From positions 186,001 to 250,000 of the forward strand of contig NW_024056028.1 of NCBI RefSeq assembly GCF_902713615.1: 64,000 nucleotides of DNA, written 5' to 3'. Of this stretch, positions 34,755 through 47,810 are shown piece by piece. Both the position numbers and the translations under genes were made by a program. Numbering within the stretch: position 1 is the stretch's first letter; each line of letters begins with the position of its first letter. Below the pieces are notes generated by a model that was given only the letters and a program-made list of their open reading frames with translations, was not told the DNA's origin and searched no databases. The stretch is from Scyliorhinus canicula (taxonomy: Eukaryota).

Positions 34755-36695
34755 ACTTCCGGGGGCGGCCATGGAGGAGTAGGTCGCACATTTGATAGCT
34801 CCTGCCTGTAGTGGACGTTTGGCCATTTTCTCCCATTATTTTTGGATTTTATGGGATAAATCAGTGAAGAGTGAGGCAGTAAGGAGAAACCCCCTACGGT
34901 GTATGGAGAATTGGACCAGAAGTGGCCGTGTGAGACGACAAGGACCCATAAGGGAGAAGCAAGCAGAGCTGGTAACACGGGACAGCATGGCGGAGAGCAA
35001 GGGCCGTGGGAGACGGCACAGTGGTCGACGGAGCAGCTGGTGAAGTTTTTCGAAGATTGCTCCACCAAGTTAAAGAAGGACATGCTGGACCCGATTAAGG
35101 CTTCGATTGATCAAGTGGTTCAGAATCAGGAAACCCATGGGGAGCGATCCAGGAGGTCGAAGAAACGTTGTCTGAGCACGATGAGTATATAACCGTGCTG
35201 GAAAGCAAGGTGGGGATGATGAACGACTGCCAGAAAAGAATGAAGGAGAAGCTGGAGGACCTGGAGAATAGGTCCAGGAGGCAGAATCTCAGAATTGTTG
35301 GCCTCCCTGAAGGCAGTGAGGGATCGGGTACGAGGGTCTATGTGACGGACACGTTGGAGAAGTTGATAGGGGCTGGGGTGTTCCCTCGGCCCCTGGAACT
35401 GGACAAAGCACACAGAGCCCTCGCGAGGAAGCCCAGAGCAAACGAACCGTCGAGGGCCATGGTGGTACGTTTTCACTGTTTCATGGTCCAGGAACACGTT
35501 TTGTGATGGGCCAAGAAAGAACGGAGCAGCAACTGGCAGAACTGTGAGTTGCGCATCTGTCAGGATCTGGGAGCAGATTTGGTCAAGAGGCGAGCTGGGT
35601 TCAATTGGGCAAAAACGACCCTCTTTAAGAACGGGGTGAAGTTAGGGATGCTGTACCCAGCCCGTCTGTGGGTCACATATGAGGAACAGGACTTCTACTT
35701 TGAAACACAGACGAAGCATGGACCTTTATTAAAGAAATGAAGCTGGAGGCGAATTAAAAGACACTTAAGCCTTGGAGAAGAACTGTGGCAGCAATTTGTG
35801 GTGCTGGATTGTATAAATTTAAGTATCTCCATGTGAAATAATGGGCTGTGTGGATGGTTAAAGGTTGATCTGTCTTGCAGGGACCCTGTTGGAGTGGGGG
35901 TGATGGGCTTTCAATTTAGTTCTGCTTTTTGGGTGACTATTTTTCTAAAGTGACCGTTTTCTTCACTGATTTCTCTGTTGCTTGTTTACTGCGGAACGTG
36001 ATGCTTTTAAAATGTTTATTCATATGTGGGGGAGAGAGCAGAGTACAATAGGGAAACAGACTGCTTGGTGCCAGGGGCGGGAGCTATCGAGTCAGCATGA
36101 GTCAGCTGACTCTTGGAAGCGCAGTGGGGGGGTGAGCAGGTGTTAAGCAGAAGCTTGACTTGGGGGATTGGGTTTCTAGTGTTGTTGCTGGGGAGGGGGG
36201 GGGGGGGGTGGGAGGGAGGCGGGGAGCTGCTTTGCTGACGGGAGGAACTGTTACTAGAAGGCAAATGGGAGGTCGGGAACGCCGACAGCCCGAGTGGGGA
36301 CTTGAGGAAGCGGAGGGCGTGAGCTCGAGGCTGGCCTAAAAAGGGTGATGGCTAGTCGGCAGGGTTGGGGGTGGGGGGGGGGGTTGGAAGACCCCCCCCC
36401 CCATCCAGGCTGATTACATGGAACGTGAGAGGACTGAATGGGCAGGTGAAGAGGGCTCATGTGTTCACGCATTTGGGGGGGGGGACTGAATGTGGACGTG
36501 GCAATGCTACAAGGAACACACTTGAAGGTTACAGACTAGACGAGATTGAGGAAGGAGTGGGTTAGCCAATTGTTCCACTCAGGAGTGGACTCAAAGACCA
36601 GGGGGGTAGCGATCTAGATCAGCAAACGAATGGCATTCGAGGCAGGAAGAATCGTCAGACAAGAGGGGTAGGTACATAATGGTAAATGGGAAGCT

Positions 36696-36727
<32 letters not shown>

Positions 36728-39700
36728 TGCGAGTGGTACTTGTGAACATATATGCTCCGAATTGGGACGACGTGGAATTTATGAGGCGGGTGTTAGGTAA
36801 GATCCCAGAGTTAGTCACATAACCTGATCATGGAAGGGGACTTCAACACAGTCATTGATCCGGAATTGGAACAGTCAAAATCCAGGACAGGGAGGAGGTC
36901 GGCTGCGGCAAAGAAATTGAAGGATTTCATGGAACAGATGGAGAGAGTAGACCCCTGGAGGTTTGCACGGCCGAGGATCAAGGAGTTTTCCTTTTTTTCA
37001 CATGTCCACAAGGTATACTCTCACATCGATTTTTTTTGTTCTGAGCAGGGCGCTAATACCAAAGGATATTGAGTATTCGGCAATTGCAGTGTCGGATCAG
37101 GCCCCACACTAGGTGGATCTATGGGTTAGTGTGGAGAGAGGGCAACACCCGCTATTGAGACTGGACGTGGGGTTGCTAGCGGACGAAGCGATCTGTGGGC
37201 GGCTTAACAAGTCCATCCAGAACTACCTGGAAACAAATGACACGGGGGAGATCTCTGCAGCGATGGTCTGGGAAGCTTTGAAGGCAGTAGTCAGAGGGAA
37301 ATTAATCTCGATACGGGCCCACAGAGAAAAGGCAGGACGGGCTGAGAGGGATAGATTAGTGGAGGAGATACTCCAGGTATACAGGGGATTCTCGGTGGCC
37401 CCGGACGGAGGGAGCGGCGGAGGTTACAGGTGGCGTTTGGGCTGTTGACCACAGGGAAAGCAGTGGAACAGTTGAGGAAGGCAAGGGAGACGATTTATGA
37501 GTACGGGGAAAAGGCAAGCAGAATGTGGCGTACCAGCTCAGGAAAAGAGAGGCGGCTAAGGAGATAGGTAACGTAAAGAGGAGAGACTATAATACTGTCC
37601 TTGACCCAGCGGGGATGAACGAGGTGTTCCAGGACTTTTACAGTCAATTATATGAGTTGGAGCCCCCGGCTGGGGTGGAGGGAATGTGGCAATTTCTGGA
37701 TCAGTTGAGGTTCCCGAGGGTGAAGGAGGACCTGGTGGAGGGGCTGGGAGCCCCAATTGAGATTGAGGAAATAATCAAGGGGCTGGAGGGCATGCAGTCG
37801 GGCAAGACCCCGGGGCCGGACGGCTACCCGGTGGAATTCTATAAGATATTTTCAGAGATATTGAGTCCACTGCTGGTGAGGACATTTAACAAAGCAAGAG
37901 AGAAGGGTGTCCTCCCCCCCAACAATGTCGCAGGCCATGATTTCCCTGATCCTGAAATGGGAGAAGGAGCCGGACCAGTGCAGATCATACAGGCTGATTT
38001 CTCTTCTGAATGTGGATGCCAAACTGCTGGCTAAGATACTGGCCACAAGGATAGAGGACTGTGTCCCGGGGGTGATAGGGGAAGACTAGACATGATTTGT
38101 TAAGGGCAGGCAACGCAAGGCCAATGTTCACAGGCTTCTAAATGTTATTATGATGCCCTCAGAAGGAGAGGAGGCGGAGGTGGTGGTAGCGATGAATGCG
38201 GAGAAGGCTTTTGATTGGGTGGAGTGGAATTACCTGTGGGAGGCGCTGGGAAGGTTTGGGGTCGGTGAGGGCTTTATTGACTGGGTGCAGCTGCTCTATC
38301 AGGCACCAGTAGCGAGAGTGCGTATGAACCGGCTGAGGTTGGGATATTTTGAACGACACTGAGGGACGAGACAAGGCTGCCCCCTCTCCCCGTTACTGTT
38401 TGCTCTGGCCACAGAGCTATTGGCCATGGCGTTAAGAGCCTCGAGGAACTGGAAAGGGCTGGTTCGGGGGAGGGGGGGGGTGGAGCATAGAGTCTTGCTC
38501 TGTCCAGATGACCTGCTCTTGTATATTTTGGACCCGTTGGAGGGGATGGGGGGGAAGTAATGCAAATTTTGGGGGAATTTAGCAATTTGTCGGAGCATAA
38601 AATTGAACATTTGGAAAAGCGAGTTGTTTGTAATCCAGGCAAGAGGATAGGGGACTGAGAGACCTGCTGCTTAGAATGGCAGGGAAGTGCTTTTGATATC
38701 TGGGAATCCAGGTGGCCTGGAAATGAGAGGTACAACACAGGTTAAACCTATCCCAGTTGGTAGAACAAACAGAAGGGGACTTTAAGAGATGGGACATGCT
38801 CCCGCTATCATCGGGTGGGTACAGACCATGAAAATGACGGTCCTCCCCAGATTTCTGTTGTCTTTTAGTGCCTCCCCATCTTCATCCCTAAGGCCTTTTT
38901 CAAGCGGGTGAGTAAGATTATTTTGGGCTTTGTGTGGCGGGTAAAACCCCGCGAGTGAAGAAAGTGTTGCTGGAACGCAGTCGGGGGGAGGGTGGGTTGG
39001 CGCTGCCGAGCCTCTGCAATTACTCCTGGGCAGCTAATTTACCCACAATTTGGAAATGGGTAGTGGGGGAGGGGTCGGCATGGGAGAGGATGGAGGCGGC
39101 GTCATGTAAAGACATCAGTTTGGGAGCATTGGTAAGGGCATCTCTGCCGTTTTTGCCGGCCCGATACTCCACAAGTCCTGTGGTAGTGGCAGTTCTGAGG
39201 ATCTGGTGACAATGGAGGAGATATAAGAGTGGAGGGAGCATCGATTTGGACCCCGATTTGTAATAACCACAGGTTTGTACCGGTTCGGCTCGATGGCGGG
39301 TTCCGGAGTTGGCAGAGGTTTGTACTGGTTCGGCTCGATGGCGGGTTCCGAAGTTGGCAGCGGTTTGTACTGGTTCGGCTCGATGGCGGGTTCCGGAGTT
39401 GGCAGAGGGCAGCAATTGGAAGGATGGGAGATCTATTTATAGACGGGAGCTTTCCCAGCTTGAAATCTTTGGAGGATAAATTTAAATTGCCAGCAGGGAA
39501 CGGTTTTAGGTATTTGCAGGTGCGGGACTTCCTGAGAAAACAGGTGCTGGCCGTTCCGTTGCTGCCGCCACAGGGGATACAGGATAGAGTAGTTTCCAGT
39601 ACCTGGGAGGGAGATGGGAAGGTATCGGATATTTACCAGGAGCTTCCGGAGGCGGAGGAAACTCCGGTGGAGGAACGCAAGGGCAAGTGGGAGGACGAGG

Positions 39701-40446
39701 TAGGAGAAGAGATAGAGGTGGGGATATGGGCGGCTGCCCCAAGCAGGGTTAATACCTCCTCATCGTGCGCCAGGCTTCGCCTGATACAATTTAAGGTAGT
39801 CCACCGGGAGCACATGACAGCAGCTAAGATGAGTATGTTTTTCGAGGTAGAGGATAGGTGTGTGAGGTGCGCAGGAAGCCCAGCCAATCATGTCTATATG
39901 TTTTGGGCATGCCCGAAGCTTAGAGGGTTTTGGCAGGATTTTGCTGAGGCAATGTCCATGGTACTAAAAAGACAGGTGGTGCCCAGTCCGGAGGTAGCAA
40001 TCTTTGGAGTGTCGGAAGATCCGGGAGTTCAGGGGGCATAAGAGGCCGACGTCTCGGCCTTTGCCTCCCTGGTAGCCCGGTGACGGATCTTGTTAATGTG
40101 GAGGGACTCGAAGCCCCCACATGTAGAGACCTGGGTTAGTGACATGGCTGGGTTTCTCAGTCTCGAGAAAATAAAGTTTACCTTAAGAGGGTCAATGTTG
40201 GGGTTCTCCCGGCAGTGGCAGCCGTTCATTGACTTTCTCGGGGAAAATTTAAATGTCAGCAGATGCAGTATTCCAAGGGGGGGGCGGGGACGGGACGGAC
40301 GGAGGATTGTTGTTGTATGGTTGAGGTGCGTGAAGATTGGGCTGGGGAGGGGGGGGGATTGTTTATTTTGCCATGTTAATGTCATTGTTTATGTTACTGT
40401 TTTAAACATTTTCAAATACCTTAATAAAATATTTTTAAAAACCAAA
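34755..40446 (+). mobile_element. Full-length (5.7 kb) inactive L1/Tx1-clade LINE
   Basis: ORF1 KLEDLENRSRRQNLRIVGLPEG; ORF2 LITWNVRGLN, KTPGPDGYPVEFYK, GTRQGCPLSPLLF, CVRC..H.FWAC; 15-bp TSD aaacaaatg(c/t)attac at 34740-34754 and 40447-40461; many stops and frameshifts. Confidence 0.93.
39271..39405 (+). repeat. In-frame 45-bp triplication within L1 ORF2
   Basis: RFV(P/L)VRLDGGFRSWQ three times, starting 39271, 39316 and 39361. Confidence 0.95.
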
Positions 40447-42319
40447 AAACAAATGTATTACCTGTCAAGCAGAATAAGATGTTTCAAAGACTGGGAGCCC
40501 GCATTAGCTACAGTCGGCAAGGGACAGTTACATTTCAATAACGGTCATATAGAAACTAAGGCTGAGCAAAGGGCTATACAAACCCTAATAATTCAGCAGC
40601 CAGTAGAGTCAGCTCTCATAGCTGCCCTATGTACATGGGACGGATAGAACACAGAAACCGAGCAGAACAGCGAATCCATCAGGAGAAAACCGAAAGTTAA
40701 AGAAGAAAGATTGTCAAGGCAGACCTGAAGGTCTAACAACTGACCAGGAGGATCCAAAGAAAATATATTTTTTACCTTTATGTAAAAACAGTGATTTTAT
40801 CTTTTAAAAGAAAAAATAATAAAATAACTCAAAAGTTGTAACCTGAAACAGTGAATATTACAAAGTCTACTTTACTTACTTAGCAACGCGGGACCCAGGA
40901 TCGAAGCTACTAAGTGGCAAGTAGATCAGGTTTTTTTGCCCACTCACTTAACCTATTTGTAGTCCTTTGCAGAATCCTTAATTCCACTTCAGAAATTACT
41001 GTCCTACCCGTCTTGAGGCATCAGAAAACTTAGCCGCCAGACATTCAATCCCATCATCCAACACATACAGATTGTAAATGGTTCCGAGCCCAGCACTGAT
41101 CTGGGTGACATTCCACTTGTCACATCTTACCCACCCCGAAATGACCCATTTATTCCGACTGGCTGCTTCCTGTTCGCTAACCAGTCCTCTATCCATGCTG
41201 ATATGTTGATTCCACACCATGAGCTCATATTTTGTGTATTAACCTTTGATGTGGCACCTTGGGAAATCCTTTCTGGAAATCCAGATAATGCACATCTACA
41301 GGTTCCCCTTTATTGACATCCCTTGTTACCTCCTCAGAGAACCTTGATAAATTAGTCAATCACGATTGACTCCCTGAACCCCATTTTCAAACACTGTGTT
41401 AAAAGAAAAATCAAATCTCCTCTACCCCTCTGGCTCCTTTGCCAATTACCTTAGAGCGACTCACTTTCTGTTAAAGAGCCTGTCAACCTCTCACCCACTT
41501 TCCTGAAAGTGAACAAATTAATCAGGAAAAGTCCAACAAAGTCAAATATTTTCCTGTCACAAGTTTATTGATGAAATAGAACATGGTTTAAAAAAACTAA
41601 CAGATAATTACTTGAGGATCAAAGACAACCAGAGTAACAGGATGTTCACAATGTTCTGGGTCCCAAATGGTTTCCCCTCGGCTCCTCTGTACCCTGTTCC
41701 CGTGACTGCCCACCTTGGACACGGGGGGGGCGCTGAACCCTGGGGGTCACATCACCATCAGCCCTGGTCACCCCCCCTCGCCCCTGAACCCTGATTGGTT
41801 GGATGTCCAGTTCCCAGTCAGTCCTCCAGCACCTTCCTGTCTCTATTAGCGACGCCCATGGCAGTTTCCCAACTGGGGACAGGCCGTTATTCTCAGCTAA
41901 ATTCAGCCCTCAGCTCCATCACCTGGCTGTCAGTGACACGAGCAATAGAGACAGAAAGGTGCCCGAGGCTCAAATAGGAAGTCAAAACTTGTGGATTAGG
42001 ATCTCCATAAAGGTCAGCAATGTCTTCAAAAAAATCAAATTCCCAGTCAACAAATTAAAGGATCACACAGCGGGACTTCAAATCTTATGATTTTAATGCA
42101 ACAAACAAACGAGAAGCTACTTTAACTCGGAAACCTACATATTAAACTATAAACTAGAACTTTGCCCTTTTGCACAATCTAAAGTCACACTCCACGATTA
42201 GAGTTACTCTGCCCTATAAGTCGAAACTTAATTGTCTCAGAACCTGTCCAAAGTGATGATTCATTCCCGAGGATTTATGTCCGTTCTTCGACCAAGACAC
42301 CGAGGAAAAAAAGGGAGAA

Positions 42320-42915
42320 TAGAATAGAATGTGAACGAGCAAAATACATAAAAATGGACTGCAAAAGTTTCTATGGCTACGTAAAAAGGAAACGTTTGGC
42401 TCAGTCAAAAGTTTTGTCTGTTACAGATGGAGTCAGGAGAATTTAGAATGAGGAATAGAGATCTCTACAGCCACCTCGTTCAACACTCTGGGATGCAGAT
42501 CATCAGCTTTTGGGGATTTATTCACTTCCAGCCCCATTAATTTCTCCAGTACTACTTTTTCACCAATACTAATCTCTGCCAGTTCCTTGGTTCTCTGGTG
42601 TTTTGGGGACAATTTCTGTATCTTCCTCCGTGAAGACAGACACACATTGTTTAGTTTCTCTGCCATTTCCTTACTCCCCATTATAAACTCTCCTGTCTCT
42701 GCCTGGAATGGACCCACATTGGTCTTTGCTAATCTTTTCTTTTTCACATTCCTGTCAAAGCTTTTCCAGTCAGTTTTTATGTTTCTCCCCAGTTTGCTCT
42801 CATCAGTTTCTTGCTGAATTTTAATGGATGTCACGGAATCTTTTAACTTTTCTTGTTAGCCATGGTTACATCATTTTTCCTGTTAGATTTTTGTTCCTTA
42901 AAGGAATCTATATTT
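42320..42915. mobile_element. CR1 fragments joined in inverted orientation
   Basis: ORF 42433-42834 KTDWKSF...KKRLAKTNVGPFQAETGEFIMG on minus abuts the same region on plus. Confidence 0.7.
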
Positions 42916-42954
42916 GTTGTATATGTGTGAAATAAAAGTTGCAAAAATCCCAGA

Positions 42955-43155
42955 GGACCATAGGCTGCTCTCCCCTTTGACAGAGAGAGAGCTGACTGGG
43001 GGTAATTTAACCCGAGGGTCAGCACACCTCAGGCGAGGGGCCTGGTTGAGAAGGGGGGGGGCCTTCGTGAATAAACTCAGCCAGTACGGGAGTTGAATCC
43101 TCACTGTTGGCCTCGCTCTGCATCACGAACCAGCCGTCCAGCCAACTGAGACCGG
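42955..43155 (-). mobile_element. tRNA-derived SINE family 3 in the ZNF-C 3' region
   Basis: Homologous to 31065 and 58970 copies. Confidence 0.75.
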
Positions 43156-43324
43156 CCAGTCCAGCAGAAAGAAACCCTCCAACCATCCCCACTGACCACC
43201 TGTCAGAATGAACAAAATGCAGTCCTGGGTGTAGAGCAGAAACAGTAACAGCAGAATCCAACCCCTGTAATCAATTGTGAAATTGTTGGTGTCACAGCAG
43301 GTGTGGTGCAACATGCAATCCCGT

Positions 43325-44110
43325 CTAACATGGAGAGGTGAACGGTCTCTCCCCAGTGTGAACTCGCTGATGTCTCCGCAGGGTGGATAACTGAGTAAAT
43401 CCTTTCCCACACTGAGAGCAGGTGAATGGCCTCTCCCCAGTGTGAACTCGCTGGTGTGTCTGCAGGTGAGTTAACTGACTGAATCCCTTCCCACACTGAG
43501 AGCAGGTGAAAGGCCTCTCCCCAGAGTGAACTCGCTGGTGTGTCTGCAGGGTGGATAACTGAGTAAATCCTTTCCCACACTTGGAGCAGGTGAATGGCCT
43601 CTCCCCAGTGTGAACTCGCTGGTGGCTCCGCAGGTGGGAAATGTGAGTAAATCCTTTCCCACACTGAGAGCAGGTGAATGGCCTCTCCCCAGTATGAACT
43701 CGCTGATGTGTCTGCAGGTTGAATAAATTACTGAATCCCTTCCCACATTGAGAGCAGGTGAACGGTCTCTCCCCAGTGTGAACTCGCTGGTGTGACTGCA
43801 GGTTGGATAACTGAGTGAACCCCTTCCCACACTGGGAGCAGGTGAACACCCTCTCCCCAGTGTGAACTCGCTGATGCTTCCACAGGCCGGATGAATCACC
43901 GAATCCCTTCCCACACTGGGAGCAGGTGAATGGCCTCTCCCCAGTGTGAACTCGCTGGTGTGTCTGCAGGCTGGATAACTGAGTGAATCCCTTCTCACAC
44001 CGAGAGCAGGTGAACGGCCTCTCCCCAGTGTGACTGCGTATATGAATCTCCACCTGAGATGGGGCTTGGAATCCCTTCCCACAGTCCTCACATTTCCACG
44101 GTTTCTCCAT
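43325..44110 (-). CDS. C2H2 zinc-finger protein, 9 intact fingers plus a frameshifted 10th, 261 aa (ZNF-C)
   Basis: [14 protein letters not shown] start, then repeated [15 protein letters not shown]; acceptor tttttacag at 44551-44552; upstream degenerate fingers contain in-frame stops. Confidence 0.88.
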   Translation of the reverse strand: MEKPWKCEDCGKGFQAPSQVEIHIRSHTGERPFTCSRCEKGFTQLSSLQTHQRVHTGERPFTCSQCGKGFGDSSGLWKHQRVHTGERVFTCSQCGKGFTQLSNLQSHQRVHTGERPFTCSQCGKGFSNLFNLQTHQRVHTGERPFTCSQCGKGFTHISHLRSHQRVHTGERPFTCSKCGKGFTQLSTLQTHQRVHSGERPFTCSQCGKGFSQLTHLQTHQRVHTGERPFTCSQCGKGFTQLSTLRRHQRVHTGERPFTSPC

Positions 44111-44243
44111 GTTTTGGGTCTCCTCGTGTCTCTCTAGGCTGGATGATCAGTTGAAGCCTCATCCACACACACAACACGGGTACGGTCTTTACACGCTGTG
44201 AGTAGTGTGATGTTTTTTTAGGCTGTGTAACTGGTTAAAGCTC

Positions 44244-44403
44244 TTTCCACAGTCAGTTCACTGGAACTCTCTCACTTGGGTGTGTGTTGTGTGGGTCTCG
44301 GTGCTTTTCCAGTCACACTGATGTTTCCACAGTCAGTTCATTGGAACACTCTCACTCGGGTGTGTGTTGTGTGGGTCTCGGTGCTTTTCCAGTCACACTG
44401 ATG
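44244..44403. repeat. 80-bp tandem duplication in the ZNF-C leader
   Basis: tttccacagtcagttca...cacactgatg starts at 44244 and 44324. Confidence 0.9.
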
Positions 44404-45289
44404 TTTGAAATCTTTAGCTGACAGTTCCGGTAAACATTTCATTTCTTGATTCAAAGGCCGATGATATTCAGGTTCTAAGGAATCGAGTGACTATCATGTC
44501 GAGACGTGTCTTTTGAGATTTCTGTCTGTAATTCCTCCTTGTCTAATATCCTGTAAAAACAATTTACAAAATTCAACACTGTCAGTACAGGGTAGAAACA
44601 GACAATTCTAGTTTCTATGTCACATTTTTTTCTCTCTCTTATTCCCCGAAAGCTGCAAATTTCCATCCCACACACTCTCCCTCCATTCTCACTCTGCTGT
44701 ATCTAATATTCACCCTCCCAATTCTCCTGAAGGTGCTGATTAATGTTGATTGACAGATCCAAACTCACAGCTTCCTGTCCAGGAGATCAGAACAAATATG
44801 AGCTGCAGTCAGCCATTCGGCCCATCAAACCTGAACCATTCAATGAGATCATTGGCCGATCTACCTCATCACCATTTTCCCACGCTAGCTTCATGTCCCT
44901 TGACCTCTTGAATATCTAGAAACCTATCAGTCTGTGGCTTGAAAATACTCGATGACTGAAGCTCTAGAATCCTCGGAGGTAGAGAATTCCAAAACCTTCA
45001 CCACATCCTCGAGTAAAGAAATCCCATCTCATCTCAGCTTTCTCTCCATTTACCTGCCAGTTCCCCATAACCCTCCACAACCTCAATCAGAAATCTGTCT
45101 GTGGCTGTGGGGGTTGGGGTTGGGGGGGGGGGGGGGGGGGTGTCAGGCATGTGATATGGGTGGGGGAGTAGCTGCCTTACCACAGGTTCTGGTGCCACTA
45201 AACTATAATCTGACAGTCATCCTGATTGCCTGGCACTCATCTACCTAATCCTTGCATTAATATTTGTTATCGTGTCCCTGGAAGACTCG

Positions 45290-46500
45290 GGGTTTGGTGT
45301 GGTAGGATTATGCTGGAAAAAGTGAAGAAATCATCGATAAACAGCGCAGGTGGATTCAGCGGGGGTGGAGCCGCCTTTTCAACATGGCTGCCTGACTCTC
45401 AGGAGGTCTCTCGACCCCCCGCTCTCCGGGGCTCTCTGAGAGGTGGCGAAAATGATGTCTGCCGACATTATCCGTGGTTTTGACCAGAGGCTGAGTGTGC
45501 TGACTCAATATCTGTGAACTCATGCGGCCCAGTTGCAAAACACCATGAAGAGGCTCGATGATCCGGTGGAGAGAATCCTGAACATTCAGCAAGATGCCTC
45601 CGTATTCAATCCTTTGAAAACCAGCCAAGGAGGTGCTGGAGGACTTGGAAGACCGAGGGTCGGAGAAAGAACATCCGAGCCGTTGGCCTGTCGGATGGTC
45701 ATCATAGAATTACAGTGCAGGAGATCACGGCCCATTGAGTCTACGCCTTGGAAACAGCACACCACCCAAGCCCATAACCCATCCCCGTATCACAGTGACC
45801 CCACCTAACCTTTTATTTGGGCACTAAGGGAAACTTATCATGGCCAATCTACCTAACCTGCACATCTTTGATCTCTGGGAGGAAACCGGAGTACCCGGAG
45901 TAAACCTACGCAGACACGGGGAGAACGTGCAGATTCCAGAGAGACAGTGACCCAAGCCAGGAATCAAACCTGGGACCCTGGAGCATTGAAGCAACTGTGC
46001 TAACCACTGTGCTACCGTGCTGCCCATAAATGATGTTATTTTCTGTCCATTTAGTGTGGAGGGTAAGACTCCCGTTAGGTTCTTCAAGGACCGACTGCCA
46101 CATTTTCTCAAGCTGGATGTAAAGCCTGGGCGTTTCAAATTAGAAACGTGCATTGGTCTTTGAGTCCGAGGGATAGTTTTCATCCCAGGCCTGTAATAAT
46201 TCGCTTCCACAACTTGAAAGTATGTCCTGGAGAGGGAACAGCGAGGTAGCACCTAGCTCTAGGAAGGAGTGAGGATTTACTTCTTCAAGGACTTTTCGGC
46301 AGCAACACAAACAAAACATCGAGGCTTCGATGAAGTTCAAAGGCAGCTCAAGGCTGCGGGGAGTGAATTATGTCAGGCTTTATCCTGAGACCCGGAAAAT
46401 GGTATCCAACAACTCCGTCAAGTCTTTCAATAATCCAACTATTGCCTTGACCTTCATTAAATCCATGAAGGGCCAGGATCTGGAGGGATGGTTTGCAGCT
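45290..46500 (+). mobile_element. Decayed L1/Tx1 5'/ORF1 fragment split by HE1
   Basis: ctggaggacttggaagaccgagggtcggagaaagaacatccgagccgttggcctg (LEDLEDR.RRKNIRAVGL) and caaggacttttcggcagc. Confidence 0.65.
45700..46025 (-). mobile_element. HE1 SINE
   Basis: HE1 core in reverse, ending gctaccgtgctgccc. Confidence 0.88.
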
Positions 46501-46559
46501 CGGACTAACTCAGGTTCTAATCCAGACTCTTTCCCTGTCATGGTGTTGTCTGAATTTCA

Positions 46560-47055
46560 GAATCACAGAAATACACATAGGGACAGGAATAAGCCATTCA
46601 GCCCCTCGAGTCTGTCCTGCCATTTAGTGGGATCAGACTGATCTGTGACCTAACCCCATATCCATTAATACCTTTGCTCAACAAAACTCAGATTTAAACT
46701 TAACAACTGTTTCAGCTTCACCTGCTGTTTGTGGGAGAGAGTTCCAACCCTTTCCCACCCTGTGTGTGAAGAAGTTCTTCCTAACATCTCTCCTGAATGG
46801 TCCAGCCCTGATTTTTAGACAATGATCCCTAGTTTTAGCATCTCCAACCAGTGGAAATAGGTGATCTTTATCGACCCTGTCTTTCCCTGTTAATATCTTA
46901 AATACTTCAATTAGATCACACCTTAAATGTCCAAATTCTAGCAAATACAGGCCTAATTTGTGGTTAAAACTTTGGGTCAGAGCCACTGCAATCTCTCCCT
47001 CACGTCCCACAGCATCCTGGGACACAATTCATCCAGACCTGGTAATCTAATAATC
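46560..47055 (-). mobile_element. CR1 3' fragment
   Basis: ORF 46678-47025 RCDLIEVFKILTG...RKNFFTHRV. Confidence 0.85.
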
Positions 47056-47059
47056 TTAT

Positions 47060-47370
47060 GGGTGGCACGGTAGCACAGCGGGTAGCACTGTTGCTTCACA
47101 GCACCAGGGACCTGGGTTCGATTTTGCGCTTGGTTCACTGTCTGTGGGGAGTCTGTATGTTCTCTCTGTGTCTGCGTGGGGTTTTTCCGGGTGCTCCGGT
47201 TTCCACCCACAAGTCCCGAAAGATGAGCTTGTTAGGTGAATTGGACATTCTGAATTCTCCCTCTGTGTACCCGAACAGGCGCCGGAGTGTAACGACTGGG
47301 GGATTTTCATCGTAACTTCATTGCAGTGTTAATGTAAGCCTACTTGTGATACTAATAAAGATTATTATGA
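47060..47370 (+). mobile_element. HE1 SINE variant
   Basis: gggtggcacggtagcacagcgg head and gcctacttgtga tail. Confidence 0.88.
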
Positions 47371-47699
47371 ATGGGCCAAAGAGCCTCTATCTGTGCTGTA
47401 AAGAGGGGGAATGAATGAGAAGGACTTTACAGAGAAACTGCCAAAGCCACAAAATTCACCAGCTCTAAGGACACACCTTAGCTCCCTTTCCAATCTGAAA
47501 GCAGCCTGAGCTGGATTTACATTCCCCTGAATTCATCATTGCTGGGTGATAATCCTATACTTCCTTACCTCTCACAACTGTGACAGCACCTTCACTACAC
47601 AGACTGCAGCAACTGACCAAACATCACCTTCCCAGTTATTCCTGAAAGCACCGCCTTCCCAACCTGGCGCCTTGCCTGAGGTGTGGCGATCCTCAGGTC

Positions 47700-47810
47700 A
47701 TCTCTCTCTCTCCCAGGACCAGGCCCTGGTTCACAGCCGCCATCTTGGGGAAGCAGAGCGCATGCGCTGGCGTCTTGGGCAGCAACAGCTGGTGGGCGGG
47801 ACCTGAAGGT
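47700..47810. promoter_or_regulatory. YY1/NRF1/Sp1 motif cluster, homologous to the ZNF intron-1 module
   Basis: GCCGCCATCTT 47736-47746, GCGCATGCGC 47758-47767, gggcggg; aligns with 23350-23408. Confidence 0.6.

Noticed and set aside
43203-44091. Alternative-frame ORFs over the ZNF arrays (also 5802-6861 and 26645-27024)
   Set aside because: Shadow frames of the 84-bp finger repeat with no independent signals.
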